Assembly: GCA_045636045.1 (NCBI GenBank)
Contig: JAZTWT010000016.1
Coordinates: 15,258-79,257, forward strand
Source of the DNA: Candidatus Enterousia sp.
GTDB taxonomy: Bacteria; Pseudomonadota; Alphaproteobacteria; Rs-D84
Direction: 5' to 3'
DNA length: 64,000 bases
Part shown: one piece after another, positions 9,659 to 19,789 of the stretch
Layout: each line of letters starts with the position of its first letter
Position numbering within the stretch: position 1 is the stretch's first letter
Notes under the pieces: model-generated
Told to the model about the DNA's origin: nothing
The model's database searches: none
What the model saw: only the letters and a program-made list of their open reading frames with translations
Made by a program: the position numbers and the translations under genes

Positions 9659-10381
9659 TTATTTCAGCCTTTTTGTCCATTCGCTATCAGGAAAATTCAA
9701 TTTCAGCATATCTGCATAGCCATTTACCTGTTCTGGCAGTCCGATTGCTGTATATGCCTCGGTTAATCTGAACATTGCCTCTGGTGTCATGACTGTTTCT
9801 TGGGCATCTTGTACAATCGATTGCAGGCGACTAATCGCGCTTGGCCAATTTTCTTTTTTCATATCATTGCGTGCAGCGAACATGACCTTACCTGCGATAT
9901 AGTTTTTCAGGATAATGATTTTATTTTCTGCATTTTTTGCATACTCGCTGCGTGGAAAACGTTGAACCAGTGTTTGAAACTGCTGCAATGCGTACGCGGA
10001 CATTCCTGGTTCGCGGCGCACATCGCTGACCTGGCGATAATAACACATGCCACGCAGGTACATTATATATGGTACATCCTTGTGGCCGGGGTGAAACCGC
10101 ATAAATCGATCTGTTGCTAAAATAGCACCTGCAAAATCATTGTCCATATAGTGTGAATATGCCGCCATTACCAATGCATCTGGTGCCCACGGACTGGACG
10201 GATATTGTGTCTCTGCCTTCAGAAATTCCATCGCTGCTTCTTCATAGTTTTCTTCGTTAAATTCTTCGTATGCAGTCTTGTATATATCTGCCAGTGGTTG
10301 TTCTGTGACAATTTTATTGTCCGTGCCCGCACAGCCCATCAATATCGCCAACATTGCCATCAGAATAAAATGTTTTTTCAT
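9659..10381 (-). CDS. bamD: outer membrane protein assembly factor BamD
   Basis: Lipobox ILMGCAG and TPR-like repeats. The start is set at MKKHFIL (ATG 10379-10381). The longer ORF extending to 10783 overlaps murJ and looks spurious. Confidence 0.8.
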   Translation of the reverse strand: MKKHFILMAMLAILMGCAGTDNKIVTEQPLADIYKTAYEEFNEENYEEAAMEFLKAETQYPSSPWAPDALVMAAYSHYMDNDFAGAILATDRFMRFHPGHKDVPYIMYLRGMCYYRQVSDVRREPGMSAYALQQFQTLVQRFPRSEYAKNAENKIIILKNYIAGKVMFAARNDMKKENWPSAISRLQSIVQDAQETVMTPEAMFRLTEAYTAIGLPEQVNGYADMLKLNFPDSEWTKRLK

Positions 10382-10433
10382 AATTGTATTCCTGTCTTGA
10401 TTTTCATTTACAGAACGCAGTATAATCCAAAGC

Positions 10434-11894
10434 ATGAAACTTGGCAAACATATTTTCGGGGTTGGTGCCATGACAGGTATCAGCCGCATATTTGGTTTTA
10501 TTCGTGATATGCTGATTGCGCGCGTCTTGGGGGCAGGGCGCATGTCAGATATATTTTTAGCAGCGTTTAAGTTGCCGAATTTATTCCGCGACCTATTGGG
10601 CGAAGGGGCGCTGTCCGCAATTTTTATCCCGATGTACACAGATTCTAAGAAAGACGAATCGTTTGCACGAAATGTGTTTTCATGGTTAATGATTGTTTTG
10701 TTGGGAATCACAATATTGTTTGAAATATTTATGCCGCTGGTGGTATGGGTATTGGCACCGGGCTTTGATGCCACCCCGGGCAAGATGGAAATGACAGTGC
10801 TGATATCGCGTATAATGTTTGTATATGTGATTTTTATTTGCGGTGCGGCATTTTTATCTGCGATATTAAACGCATTTTCTAAATTTGTGCTGGCTGCATT
10901 TATGCCGGTATTATTGAATATAATGCTGATTTGTGCGTTGTTGATTGCTATGTTTTTTGGTTCTGAAAACGTTTTGTTTTTAATGGCTGGGACGGTTGTT
11001 ATTTCAGGTGTTATTCAATTTGGTGTTTTATGGTCGCGAATTCGTCGTCATCATTTTGGGCTGCGTTTGGTCGTGCCACGTTGGACCCCAGGAATCAGTC
11101 GTATGTTCCGTCGTTTGGGGGTCAGTATTGTTGGCAGTGGCTTTTACCAGATAACAATAATCGTTGGTACATTGGTCGCCAGTTTTCAAAGTGGTGCCGT
11201 ATCGTGGCTGTATTATTCTGACAGAATTGTGCAATTACCGTTTGCGATGATTGGTTTGGCGGTTGGGACTGTGTTGATGTCTTCTATTTCGAATGCTTTG
11301 GCTGAAAAAAACATGCGCAGTGTTTATATACAACAGAATTCATCTATGCGTCGTTCACTGATGCTAACGCTGCCATGTGTGGTTGGATTGTTTGTGTTGG
11401 CGGAACCAATAATTCGTTTTCTTTTTCAGTATGGCGCATGGACATCTGAATCAACGCGTGCGGTTGCCATGGCGATTATGATTCAGGTTTTTGTTTTGCC
11501 TGCTATGGTGATCAGCCAGATTTACAGCAAAACGCTATATGCATCCCAGGATGTAAAAACGCCCGTAAAAACCAGTATGGTGTCACTGGCGGCTGCGGCG
11601 GCATTGTACCTGGGGCTGTTTCCGTTTGTTGGATATTTGGCAATTCCGATCGGGGTTGTAATCAGTGGTTATCTCAAGAACTATCTGCTGGCGCGTGCAT
11701 GTCGCAGACGCGAATTGGTGCGATATGATGGACGAACCGTACGCACGGTTGTATTGTTTGCGCTTTGGGCGGCGGTTTTGGGCGCTGGGTTATCGTTTGT
11801 TCCTATAACTGGTATATTTACCTTGGGGTGCTCAATCGCGGTGTATGGGATTTTATATTTACCGGTTGCGTACTTGATAGATAAACGCGGATAA
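10434..11894 (+). CDS. murJ: lipid II flippase MurJ (MviN)
   Basis: N-terminal GISRIFGFIRDMLIARVLGAG, a polytopic membrane protein of 486 aa. Confidence 0.85.
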   Translation: MKLGKHIFGVGAMTGISRIFGFIRDMLIARVLGAGRMSDIFLAAFKLPNLFRDLLGEGALSAIFIPMYTDSKKDESFARNVFSWLMIVLLGITILFEIFMPLVVWVLAPGFDATPGKMEMTVLISRIMFVYVIFICGAAFLSAILNAFSKFVLAAFMPVLLNIMLICALLIAMFFGSENVLFLMAGTVVISGVIQFGVLWSRIRRHHFGLRLVVPRWTPGISRMFRRLGVSIVGSGFYQITIIVGTLVASFQSGAVSWLYYSDRIVQLPFAMIGLAVGTVLMSSISNALAEKNMRSVYIQQNSSMRRSLMLTLPCVVGLFVLAEPIIRFLFQYGAWTSESTRAVAMAIMIQVFVLPAMVISQIYSKTLYASQDVKTPVKTSMVSLAAAAALYLGLFPFVGYLAIPIGVVISGYLKNYLLARACRRRELVRYDGRTVRTVVLFALWAAVLGAGLSFVPITGIFTLGCSIAVYGILYLPVAYLIDKRG

Positions 11895-11974
11895 ATCATA
11901 AAATAGATTTGAAATGACCTCATGTTTATGATAAAATACAATCATAAGTTTATGAATGTAAGGAGTCCTAAATC

Positions 11975-12889
11975 ATGAAAAAAGTTGTTTCTTTGGCGGT
12001 GTTAACCGCAATTCTGACAGGTTGTATGGATTTAAATCCAAATGGTCAGACCGCTAACATGGGGGCCGACGGTTTTGGCGAAGAAGTCTTGATGACTGGC
12101 GCACCGCAGCAGTCTTTGGGTGATACATATTTGCTGGCGGCTGCTCCAAAATACTATGTTGGCACTGCGTACAAGGTTGATGATGTTCAGTATATCCCTG
12201 TCGAAGACATGACATACAACCAGACAGGTATTGCTGGGATTATTCCAACAGAATTAAACGGTACAAAAACCAGCAACGGCGAAGTATTCGATGCAAATCA
12301 GATGGTCGCAACCAGCAAGACATTACCATTACCAACAATCGTTCGTGTCACAAATTTAAGCAATGGTCAATCTGTTGATGTTCGTGTAAACAATCGTGGT
12401 CCATTTGTAAATACTCGTTTGATGGATTTGTCGCCTGCTGCTGCCCAGAAAATCGGTTTGAACGGCCAGGCCAAGGTTCAGATTCAGGTATTACCAGAAC
12501 AAACAATGATTGTTAAAAACGCAACATTGGGAACAGTCCCTGTTGTCGAAGCGCCTGTGGCCCAGCCAGCACCTGTTGTTGCAGAAACGGTGACGGTTGC
12601 ACCGGTTGCAGAACCAGCACCCGTGGCACAACCTGCGCCTGTTGCATCTGGTGATTATGCGATTCAAATTGCTGCATTTTATGCCCAGGACAGTGCCGAC
12701 GCATTGGTTCAGCGTATGAAGACATATGGCGATGCAGTTGTTGTTAACGAAGGTGATATGTTCAAGGTTCGTATTATCAATCTGGACGCTGCCCAGGCAC
12801 GCAGTGTGATTGACAATTTACGTGCAAACGAAGGTATGGCGCCTGGTTTATTGAAGGCAGGCCGTTGGATCAATCCAGACAGCATTTAA
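11975..12889 (+). CDS. rlpA: septal ring lytic transglycosylase RlpA (DPBB + SPOR)
   Basis: Lipobox LTGC, a DPBB segment SNGEVFD...VRVTNLSNGQSVDVRVNNRGPF, and a C-terminal SPOR domain (YAIQIAAF). Confidence 0.85.
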   Translation: MKKVVSLAVLTAILTGCMDLNPNGQTANMGADGFGEEVLMTGAPQQSLGDTYLLAAAPKYYVGTAYKVDDVQYIPVEDMTYNQTGIAGIIPTELNGTKTSNGEVFDANQMVATSKTLPLPTIVRVTNLSNGQSVDVRVNNRGPFVNTRLMDLSPAAAQKIGLNGQAKVQIQVLPEQTMIVKNATLGTVPVVEAPVAQPAPVVAETVTVAPVAEPAPVAQPAPVASGDYAIQIAAFYAQDSADALVQRMKTYGDAVVVNEGDMFKVRIINLDAAQARSVIDNLRANEGMAPGLLKAGRWINPDSI

Positions 12890-12900
12890 GTAAAAATAAA

Positions 12901-12924
12901 AACCGGCATTTTGCCGGTTTTTTG
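12901..12924 (+). terminator. intrinsic terminator after rlpA
   Basis: aaccggca-tttt-gccggtt hairpin followed by a T-run. Confidence 0.65.
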
Positions 12925-12949
12925 TTTAATAAGAATAATTATGTTAAAT

Positions 12950-12975
12950 AAAAATCCCCCAAAAGGGGGATTTTT
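12950..12975 (-). terminator. intrinsic terminator after ppdK
   Basis: atccccc-aaaa-gggggat hairpin flanked by A and T runs. Confidence 0.65.
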
Positions 12976-12980
12976 CAGTT

Positions 12981-15641
12981 TTAGTTCTTGCGTGGGAACT
13001 TAACTGCGGCCTGTGCTGCTGCCAGACGTGCGATTGGCACGCGGAATGGACTGCAAGATACCGAGTTAAATCCACACTGGTGGAAGAATGCAATTGATTC
13101 AGGATCGCCACCGTGTTCACCACAAACCCCCAGGTGGATATGTTCACCCTTGGTGTCTCGTGCTTTCTTAACAGCGTCCTTAATCAACAGACCAACGCCC
13201 AACTGGTCAACAGATGCAAAAGGATCTGCGACATATACGCCACGGGCACGATATTCATCCAATATTTTTGCTGTATCGTCGCGTGACATACCCAATGTTG
13301 TCTGGGTCAGGTCATTTGTTCCGAATTCAAAGAATTCACAAGATTCTGCGATTTCATTTGCCAGAACAGCTGCGCGTGGCAATTCAATCATTGAACCGAC
13401 AGTATATTCAACTGATTCGCCTGTTTCTGCAAACAGTGACTGTGCTGTGGCATCAATAACTGCCTTGACAATATCCACTTCCTTCTTCGAGCCAACCAAA
13501 GGTACTTCGATTTCTGGGAATACCTGGATACCAGCCTTTTTGACTTCCAATGCCGCGGACAGAATTGCGCGTGTCTGCATTTCGCAGATTTCTGGGTATG
13601 TAATTGCCAAACGGCAACCGCGATGACCCAACATTGGGTTTTGTTCATGCAACTGTTCTGCGCGCTGTTTAATAAATTCAACAGATTTGCCAATATGTGC
13701 CGCCAATTCTTCGATTTCTGCATCTGTGTGTGGCAAGAATTCGTGTAGTGGTGGGTCAATCAAGCGTACTGTCACTGGCAGACCGTCCATAATCTTGAAC
13801 AGTTCGATAAAGTCCGCCTTCTGATATGGCAACAGTTTTGCCAACGCGGCGCGACGACCGGCTTCGTCTTCGGCCAAAATCATTTCGCGCATATCCTGGA
13901 TGCGTGATGGGTCAAAGAACATGTGTTCTGTACGTGCCAGCCCGATACCTTCTGCACCGAAATCGCGTGCCTGCTTGGCATCTTTTGGTGTTTCAGCGTT
14001 TGCCTTGACGGTCAAAGTTTTAATCTGGTCAACCCATTCCATCAATGTGCCAAAGTTGCCTGTTAATTCAACAGAAACAGTTGGGATTTTGCCTTCGATA
14101 ATCTGACCTTTGGCGCCATCGATTGAAATCCAGTCTCCTTCGTTGATAACAACACCAGATGTTGTCTTCAGTGTCTTGGATTCATAGTCGATTTTAATAT
14201 CTGGTGAACCTGATACGCATGGTGTTCCCATACCGCGCGCCACAACTGCTGCGTGTGATGTCATACCACCGCGTGCTGTGATAACGCCTTGGGCTGCGTT
14301 CATACCTGCGATATCTTCTGGTGATGTTTCGATACGGATTAACATAACTTTTTTGCCTTCTGCTGCCCATTTTTCAGCATCTTCGGCATTAAATACTGCC
14401 TGGCCAACTGCTGCGCCTGGGGATGCAGGCAAACCTGTTGCGATAACGCGTTTTTCTGCCTTTGGATCCAGCATTGGGTGCAACAAGTGATCTAATTGAT
14501 CTGCACCAACGCGCAGGATTGCTTCTTCTTTGGTCAACAGGCCCTCGCTAACCATTTCAACGGCCATACGAACCGCAGCGGCGGCTGTGCGTTTACCGTT
14601 ACGGCATTGCAGCATCCAAAGTTTTCCGTGTTCAATTGTGAATTCCATATCCTGCATATCTTTATAATGCTTTTCCAGTTTTTCGCGAACATCACACAGT
14701 TCTTGATACACTGCTGGCATTGCTTCTTCCAATGACAGACGGCCTGAGTCATCTTTACTCATTGGTTGTGGTGTGCGGATACCTGCCACAACATCTTCGC
14801 CCTGTGCGTTAATCAGATATTCACCATAGTATTTATTTTCACCTGTTGCTGGGTCGCGGCTGAAGCATACACCGGTGGCGCTGTCGTCGCCCGAATTACC
14901 AAATACCATTGCTTGGACATTAACTGCGGTACCCCAATCAGCAGGGATATTGTTCAATTTGCGATATGTGATAGCCTTTTTGCTCATCCAAGAACCGAAT
15001 ACGGCCCCAATACCCATTTCCAACTGTTTCCATGGATCTTGTGGGAAAACCTTGCCAATTTTCACGCCGATTTCTTTGAATTTTTCAACCAGTTCTTTCA
15101 AATCATCAGCTGTCAATTCTGTATCCAGTTTATAGCCTTTGTCTTCTTTCATGCGTTCCAGTGTATGTTCAAACAAATCAATGTCTGCGCCCATAACAAC
15201 TTCGCTGAACATCATGATAAAGCGACGATATGAATCGTATGCAAAGCGTTCATTACCCGAGATTTTTGCCAATGCCTGAACTGTATCGTCATTTAAACCC
15301 AAATTTAATACAGTATCCATCATGCCCGGCATAGATACACGTGCGCCTGAACGAACAGATACCAATAATGGATTTTCCAGGTCTGCAAATTTTTTACCCA
15401 TAATTGATTCAACGTGTGCGATACCGCTGCGTACCTGGTCCATCAAATCAGTTGGATATGTTTGATTGTTTTCATAGTAATATTTACAAACGTCGGTTGT
15501 GACGGTAAAACCTGCAGGAACAGGCAATCCAACCAAGTTCATTTCGGCCAAATTTGCACCTTTACCACCCAGCAGATTTTTCATATCTGCCTGACCTTCG
15601 GCGTGACCATTACCAAAGGTATATACCCATTTGTTGCTCAT
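12981..15641 (-). CDS. ppdK: pyruvate, phosphate dikinase
   Basis: About 886 aa. Contains the phosphohistidine motif GGMTSHAAVVARGMG and ATP-grasp and PEP-utilizer domains. The start is taken at MSNKWVYTFG. Confidence 0.92.
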   Translation of the reverse strand: MSNKWVYTFGNGHAEGQADMKNLLGGKGANLAEMNLVGLPVPAGFTVTTDVCKYYYENNQTYPTDLMDQVRSGIAHVESIMGKKFADLENPLLVSVRSGARVSMPGMMDTVLNLGLNDDTVQALAKISGNERFAYDSYRRFIMMFSEVVMGADIDLFEHTLERMKEDKGYKLDTELTADDLKELVEKFKEIGVKIGKVFPQDPWKQLEMGIGAVFGSWMSKKAITYRKLNNIPADWGTAVNVQAMVFGNSGDDSATGVCFSRDPATGENKYYGEYLINAQGEDVVAGIRTPQPMSKDDSGRLSLEEAMPAVYQELCDVREKLEKHYKDMQDMEFTIEHGKLWMLQCRNGKRTAAAAVRMAVEMVSEGLLTKEEAILRVGADQLDHLLHPMLDPKAEKRVIATGLPASPGAAVGQAVFNAEDAEKWAAEGKKVMLIRIETSPEDIAGMNAAQGVITARGGMTSHAAVVARGMGTPCVSGSPDIKIDYESKTLKTTSGVVINEGDWISIDGAKGQIIEGKIPTVSVELTGNFGTLMEWVDQIKTLTVKANAETPKDAKQARDFGAEGIGLARTEHMFFDPSRIQDMREMILAEDEAGRRAALAKLLPYQKADFIELFKIMDGLPVTVRLIDPPLHEFLPHTDAEIEELAAHIGKSVEFIKQRAEQLHEQNPMLGHRGCRLAITYPEICEMQTRAILSAALEVKKAGIQVFPEIEVPLVGSKKEVDIVKAVIDATAQSLFAETGESVEYTVGSMIELPRAAVLANEIAESCEFFEFGTNDLTQTTLGMSRDDTAKILDEYRARGVYVADPFASVDQLGVGLLIKDAVKKARDTKGEHIHLGVCGEHGGDPESIAFFHQCGFNSVSCSPFRVPIARLAAAQAAVKFPRKN

Positions 15642-15706
15642 TAGTTCTCCTTTGTATAGAAATAAAAATGCCCAACGATTGTGGGGCATGAAATTCACAA
15701 ATGCAA

Positions 15707-15737
15707 GAAAAAAATCGGCACGAATGCCGATTTTTTT
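15707..15737 (-). terminator. intrinsic terminator
   Basis: tcggca-cgaa-tgccga hairpin with flanking A and T runs. Confidence 0.6.
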
Positions 15738-17129
15738 CTATTGTTCATCATTATTGTTTCCGTCATTAAAGAAAGTTACCAGTTTTGACAGAAATTTATC
15801 TTTCAGACTTTGTTTGCCTTGATTTAATTCCTGGACTTTGTTTTTGTTATTCTGTGGGGCCAAGTTTTTCAAATAAGCTTTAATCTCTTTTAAATCAAAT
15901 TGGAAAATACCATTGTTTTGTGGGTTAAACACATCGCGATTTATGGCACCAGGTTTTATTTCAGGGGCGTGATTTATTCTAGCAACGGTGCCACACCCAC
16001 CAAGGTATTTTCGCCCGATTGTTTTCAGTATGTCTTCTGTGTCTCGCAGGTCGCCAATTTTTTTATCCAGTGCATCTGCAATTTGTTTTAATTCGGGTGA
16101 ATTGTAATGGTTTACAATTTCATCTAATGTTCCCTTGCGAAACCAGCCATCGGAATCAATCCCGCCAAAGAATTCCCATTTGCCGGTTGGTACATCTGTT
16201 TTACCTGCGGTGCCACTGGATATATAAAAAGGCAGTCTTTTCCCCCCAACTGTCACGACAATGATTGGACGATCGCTTTGTACGCCAAAATCAGATTTGG
16301 ATTCAATCACAACGGGAATGCCATTTATATGTGTTAATGGTTTGCCAATCAGTTTTATCAAACGCTGCTTGGCTAATCTATTATCTTGCTGTTTTGTCAG
16401 AAAAAAATCATCCCATTCGGCGCCCAATTTTTTTGCATCAGATTTTTTTATCGCAATAACTATATAGTCGGCCCCACTATATCCTTCTTTGTTTAATGTT
16501 GTGGCATAGTATTGCCCGGATTTCATAATTTTTTCTTCACATGATTTTGCAGTGGCGCGTCCCATTCCTGTGCGATTGCAAATGTATGCAGGAACGCCTT
16601 GATAAGAAACTGTTTCGTATTTCCCAAATATTGTTTTCAGAACATCGTCTGTCTGCGTTTGATTTCTGGACGGTGTTTGGCGTTTCTGTACAGAACTGAA
16701 CATCATGTACTGCACGCCTTTTTGTTCTGTTGGAATCAGGTGAACCCCATATGAAGCCAAAGATATATTTAAGTCGCGCCACATTTCATCTGTCATACGT
16801 TCGCGCGGCAGCATGTAAACTTCATCATGGTCCAAGAATGCACGCAGATATTTATCAAAATTTCTGCTGGCACGGTTTTTTAACTGTGCAGTTGTTTCAT
16901 TACCTTGTGCCAGTTGTTTTGGTAATGCACTGAACATCATATACTGTACGCCTTTTTGTTCCGTTGGAATCAGGCGAACCCCATATGAAATCAAAGATTT
17001 ATTTAAAACGCGCCACATTTCATCTGTCATGCGTTCGCGTGGCAGCATGTAAACTTCACCATGGTCCAAGAATGCACGCAGATATTTATTGAAGTTTTTA
17101 CTGGCGCGATTAAATAATTCCTGTGACAT
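15738..17129 (-). CDS. hypothetical protein with duplicated 78-aa N-terminal module
   Basis: 463-aa ORF. Residues ~7-84 and ~85-150 are near-identical repeats (NRAS.NF.KYLRAFLDH.EVYMLPRERMTDEMWR...GVQYMMF). Confidence 0.6.
   Translation of the reverse strand: MSQELFNRASKNFNKYLRAFLDHGEVYMLPRERMTDEMWRVLNKSLISYGVRLIPTEQKGVQYMMFSALPKQLAQGNETTAQLKNRASRNFDKYLRAFLDHDEVYMLPRERMTDEMWRDLNISLASYGVHLIPTEQKGVQYMMFSSVQKRQTPSRNQTQTDDVLKTIFGKYETVSYQGVPAYICNRTGMGRATAKSCEEKIMKSGQYYATTLNKEGYSGADYIVIAIKKSDAKKLGAEWDDFFLTKQQDNRLAKQRLIKLIGKPLTHINGIPVVIESKSDFGVQSDRPIIVVTVGGKRLPFYISSGTAGKTDVPTGKWEFFGGIDSDGWFRKGTLDEIVNHYNSPELKQIADALDKKIGDLRDTEDILKTIGRKYLGGCGTVARINHAPEIKPGAINRDVFNPQNNGIFQFDLKEIKAYLKNLAPQNNKNKVQELNQGKQSLKDKFLSKLVTFFNDGNNNDEQ
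16692..17111 (-). repeat. 234-bp in-frame tandem duplication inside the CDS
   Basis: The DNA copies around 16692-16877 and 16878-17111 differ at only scattered positions. Confidence 0.8.
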
Positions 17130-17192
17130 AAAATTTCTCCCTTGTGTGTCAGGATATATTATAACAAAAAATCGGGATTTATCCTGATTTTT

Positions 17193-18086
17193 TTACATAG
17201 TGCATGCGCATGCAATTGAAAACAGTTTCGATAAATCGGAATCCGAACGCGAATTCAGAACAATTGGTGCGCGCGCCCCAATAATCACACCACCAAATAT
17301 CCAGTCGCCAAATTGTACCATCGCCTTGATTGTGTTATTTCCGGCTTCGATATTATCAAACAACAATATGTCCGCATTACCTATAATTGGGCCTGTCACA
17401 CCCTTGGCAGTGGCTGCTGATGATGATATTGCGATGTCAAATGAAATTGGACCAGATATTACACACCCAGATATTTCGTTGCTTGTGTTCATTTCTTGCA
17501 ATGCTGCCGCATCCACGGTTGCCTGCATTGCAGGGTTCAGTGTTTCAACCGCGCACAGTGGTGCAACGCGTGGACATGCTACACCCATATGATGTGCAAA
17601 AGATACTGCATTTTTTACCAAACCAACTTTTTTTTCTAAATCTGGATACATAACCATTGCAATATCCGTCAGGAACAGACGACGGTCGCGCGATGGCGAA
17701 TACAGTACAGATACATGTGACAGTATTCCATCCCCACGTATACCCGTTTCACGATTTAAAACAGCACGCAAAATATCGGCCGTATGAATCAGTCCTTTCA
17801 TTAAAATATCCGCGCGGCCATCGCGAACCAACCCAACCGCAGTATTTGCAACCGACAAATCGTCTGTGCAATCAATAATTTCAAATTCTGATATATCAAA
17901 TTTGTGTTTGTGGGCGATTGATTCTATTTTGTTTTTATCACCGCATAAAATTGCATTCACGAACCCCAGTTTGTGCGCCTTGATAACCGCCCCCAGTGCA
18001 TTTGGATCCGTCGCGCCAGCCAGCGCGATTGTGCGCCGGCGTTCAGGCCGCATTGACAAGATTATATTTTCAAATTCTGAATTCAT
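17193..18086 (-). CDS. ptb: phosphate acetyl/butyryl-transferase (PTA_PTB family)
   Basis: 297 aa with the PTA_PTB layout (ALAGATDPNALGAV, ILCGD, ADILLFDNIEAGN). Confidence 0.7.
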   Translation of the reverse strand: MNSEFENIILSMRPERRRTIALAGATDPNALGAVIKAHKLGFVNAILCGDKNKIESIAHKHKFDISEFEIIDCTDDLSVANTAVGLVRDGRADILMKGLIHTADILRAVLNRETGIRGDGILSHVSVLYSPSRDRRLFLTDIAMVMYPDLEKKVGLVKNAVSFAHHMGVACPRVAPLCAVETLNPAMQATVDAAALQEMNTSNEISGCVISGPISFDIAISSSAATAKGVTGPIIGNADILLFDNIEAGNNTIKAMVQFGDWIFGGVIIGARAPIVLNSRSDSDLSKLFSIACACTM

Positions 18087-18197
18087 GATATTTTTTCCTT
18101 TCCGGAACCAGAATAAAATATTTTATACCCAACATGCAATAAAAAACATATTGAACAAAAGTGTAAAAACATGTTATAATTCCCGATAGAAGGGAAG

Positions 18198-19652
18198 ATG
18201 TTAATGACAAATCATTGTTTGACTGGATTTTTGATTACCTTGTTTGCGTTTAATGGTATGGCTTTTTCAGCGCCAGATATCAATCTAATACTTGGTTTTT
18301 CTGAAACCAGGCTTGTCGTTGTTGACGAAAATAATGACGAGCTAAATAAAAAAATTACAGGCGAAGCGCCCGGTAGATTTTGTGTGACGCCTGATTTTGG
18401 GTATGCGTGTCCGCCTGGGTGTTTTTGTCAGGGCGGCGACAGTTGCACATCCCTTAGTAATACCAAGATGACCAGCGCGTGTTCAACCAGGACCGGCGCC
18501 ACAACCGAACAGTTGTCAGCCGCCGGCGTGTCGCTGTGCCCCGCTGCGTTTCCTCATTCCAACAAGGGGGCCAGCATGGCTGCCCAGTGTTATTTCAAAA
18601 ATGTCAGTGGGGTACATATATATAACATTGCCGTCACATGTCCTGCTGGTAAATATTTGCCTAAGGGTGCAAATTTCTGCTATACATGCAAGAAGGGATT
18701 TTATTGCGAAGGGGTTAATTCTGTAACCCCCAGTGCCACCTCAGACCAGGGGATTAAAGCGTGTGCATCAGGTAAAACAACAAAAACTACCGGCAGTGCC
18801 AAGGCATCAGAGTGTACGAATTCGCCAAAAAAATCATGTAGCGCTGGTACATATTCCGAAGACGGTAGTTCTTGTATAGAATGTCCTGGCGGATTTTACT
18901 GCGAAGGCGGAAACAAGGGGGCGACACCGTGTCCGTCGCCTACGCCTGAACATTGGTGTGAACCATCTAATTATCCTGAAAATTGGTATGGGCGTGATGG
19001 CGAAAATGCTGTTGAAATACTTTCCAGTTCGTATATTCCCACGTGGGATTCATTAAAAGGTATGAAGAAAGTTTCAGATTGCCGAATGGTTTATCATGCT
19101 AAGAATCAACGTGGTACATTTACTGATGAAAGTATGAAGTGGAATTCCGCAACAGGTAGGTATGATATTGGTGGGCATCCATATTATAAAACTTTAAAAC
19201 CTGGGTTTTATTTGAAAGATAAACTTGCGGAAACATATTGCGATAAGAAATATTTTGATGATGGCAAAACTAAGAAATCAATGTTATATACAACGGTAAT
19301 TACATGTCCTGCCGACAAATATTGTCCTGGTATGCCAAAATTGAGAACATGTGATTCTGGCACGTACGAGGATGTTTTTGGATTAGAAGATGCGCATGAG
19401 GTCACCTGTCCGGCTGGGCAGTATCTGCCAAAGCATACTGAATTGTGTGATAAATGTCCAGGCGGTCATACGTGTCCAGGTGGTACGTATTTGACCAAAC
19501 ATGTTGACCAGGGGGCCTACATTGCGTTTACCCAGCAACAGTTGATGTATGGTGCCAATGGCAAAGTGCAGACCGAGCCAGAAGGCGGATATTGTTGGAA
19601 AAGTATTGATGTTATATCATACAAGGAATGCATGCTTGGAGCAAAAGAATAA
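18198..19652 (+). CDS. secreted cysteine-rich repeat protein (ephrin-receptor-like/GCC2_GCC3-type repeats)
   Basis: Signal peptide plus repeated C-P-A-G-x-Y...C..C..G.YC.G units, for example CPAGKYLPKGANFCYTCKKGFYCEG, CSAGTYSEDGSSCIECPGGFYCEGG and CPAGQYLPKHTELCDKCPGGHTCPGG. Confidence 0.6.
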   Translation: MLMTNHCLTGFLITLFAFNGMAFSAPDINLILGFSETRLVVVDENNDELNKKITGEAPGRFCVTPDFGYACPPGCFCQGGDSCTSLSNTKMTSACSTRTGATTEQLSAAGVSLCPAAFPHSNKGASMAAQCYFKNVSGVHIYNIAVTCPAGKYLPKGANFCYTCKKGFYCEGVNSVTPSATSDQGIKACASGKTTKTTGSAKASECTNSPKKSCSAGTYSEDGSSCIECPGGFYCEGGNKGATPCPSPTPEHWCEPSNYPENWYGRDGENAVEILSSSYIPTWDSLKGMKKVSDCRMVYHAKNQRGTFTDESMKWNSATGRYDIGGHPYYKTLKPGFYLKDKLAETYCDKKYFDDGKTKKSMLYTTVITCPADKYCPGMPKLRTCDSGTYEDVFGLEDAHEVTCPAGQYLPKHTELCDKCPGGHTCPGGTYLTKHVDQGAYIAFTQQQLMYGANGKVQTEPEGGYCWKSIDVISYKECMLGAKE

Positions 19653-19789
19653 AAATCCCCAATTTGGGGATTTCTTACATTTTTTAATACATAAAAAACT
19701 TGTTATCCCTGTACTTGACCACGGACCCCAGGTTATTCCGCTGCATCATTGCTGCCTGTTGGAATAATTTTATTTAATTGTTGTATAAT

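Noticed and set aside
9659-10783. Long 374-aa version of the bamD ORF
   Set aside because: The first 134 codons overlap murJ and its promoter, and they read as low-complexity sequence. A lipoprotein signal begins at the internal MKKHFIL, so the start was moved to 10381.
12988-13626. 212-aa + strand ORF and the other antisense ORFs inside ppdK
   Set aside because: These are shadow ORFs opposite a very well-supported 886-aa PPDK gene.
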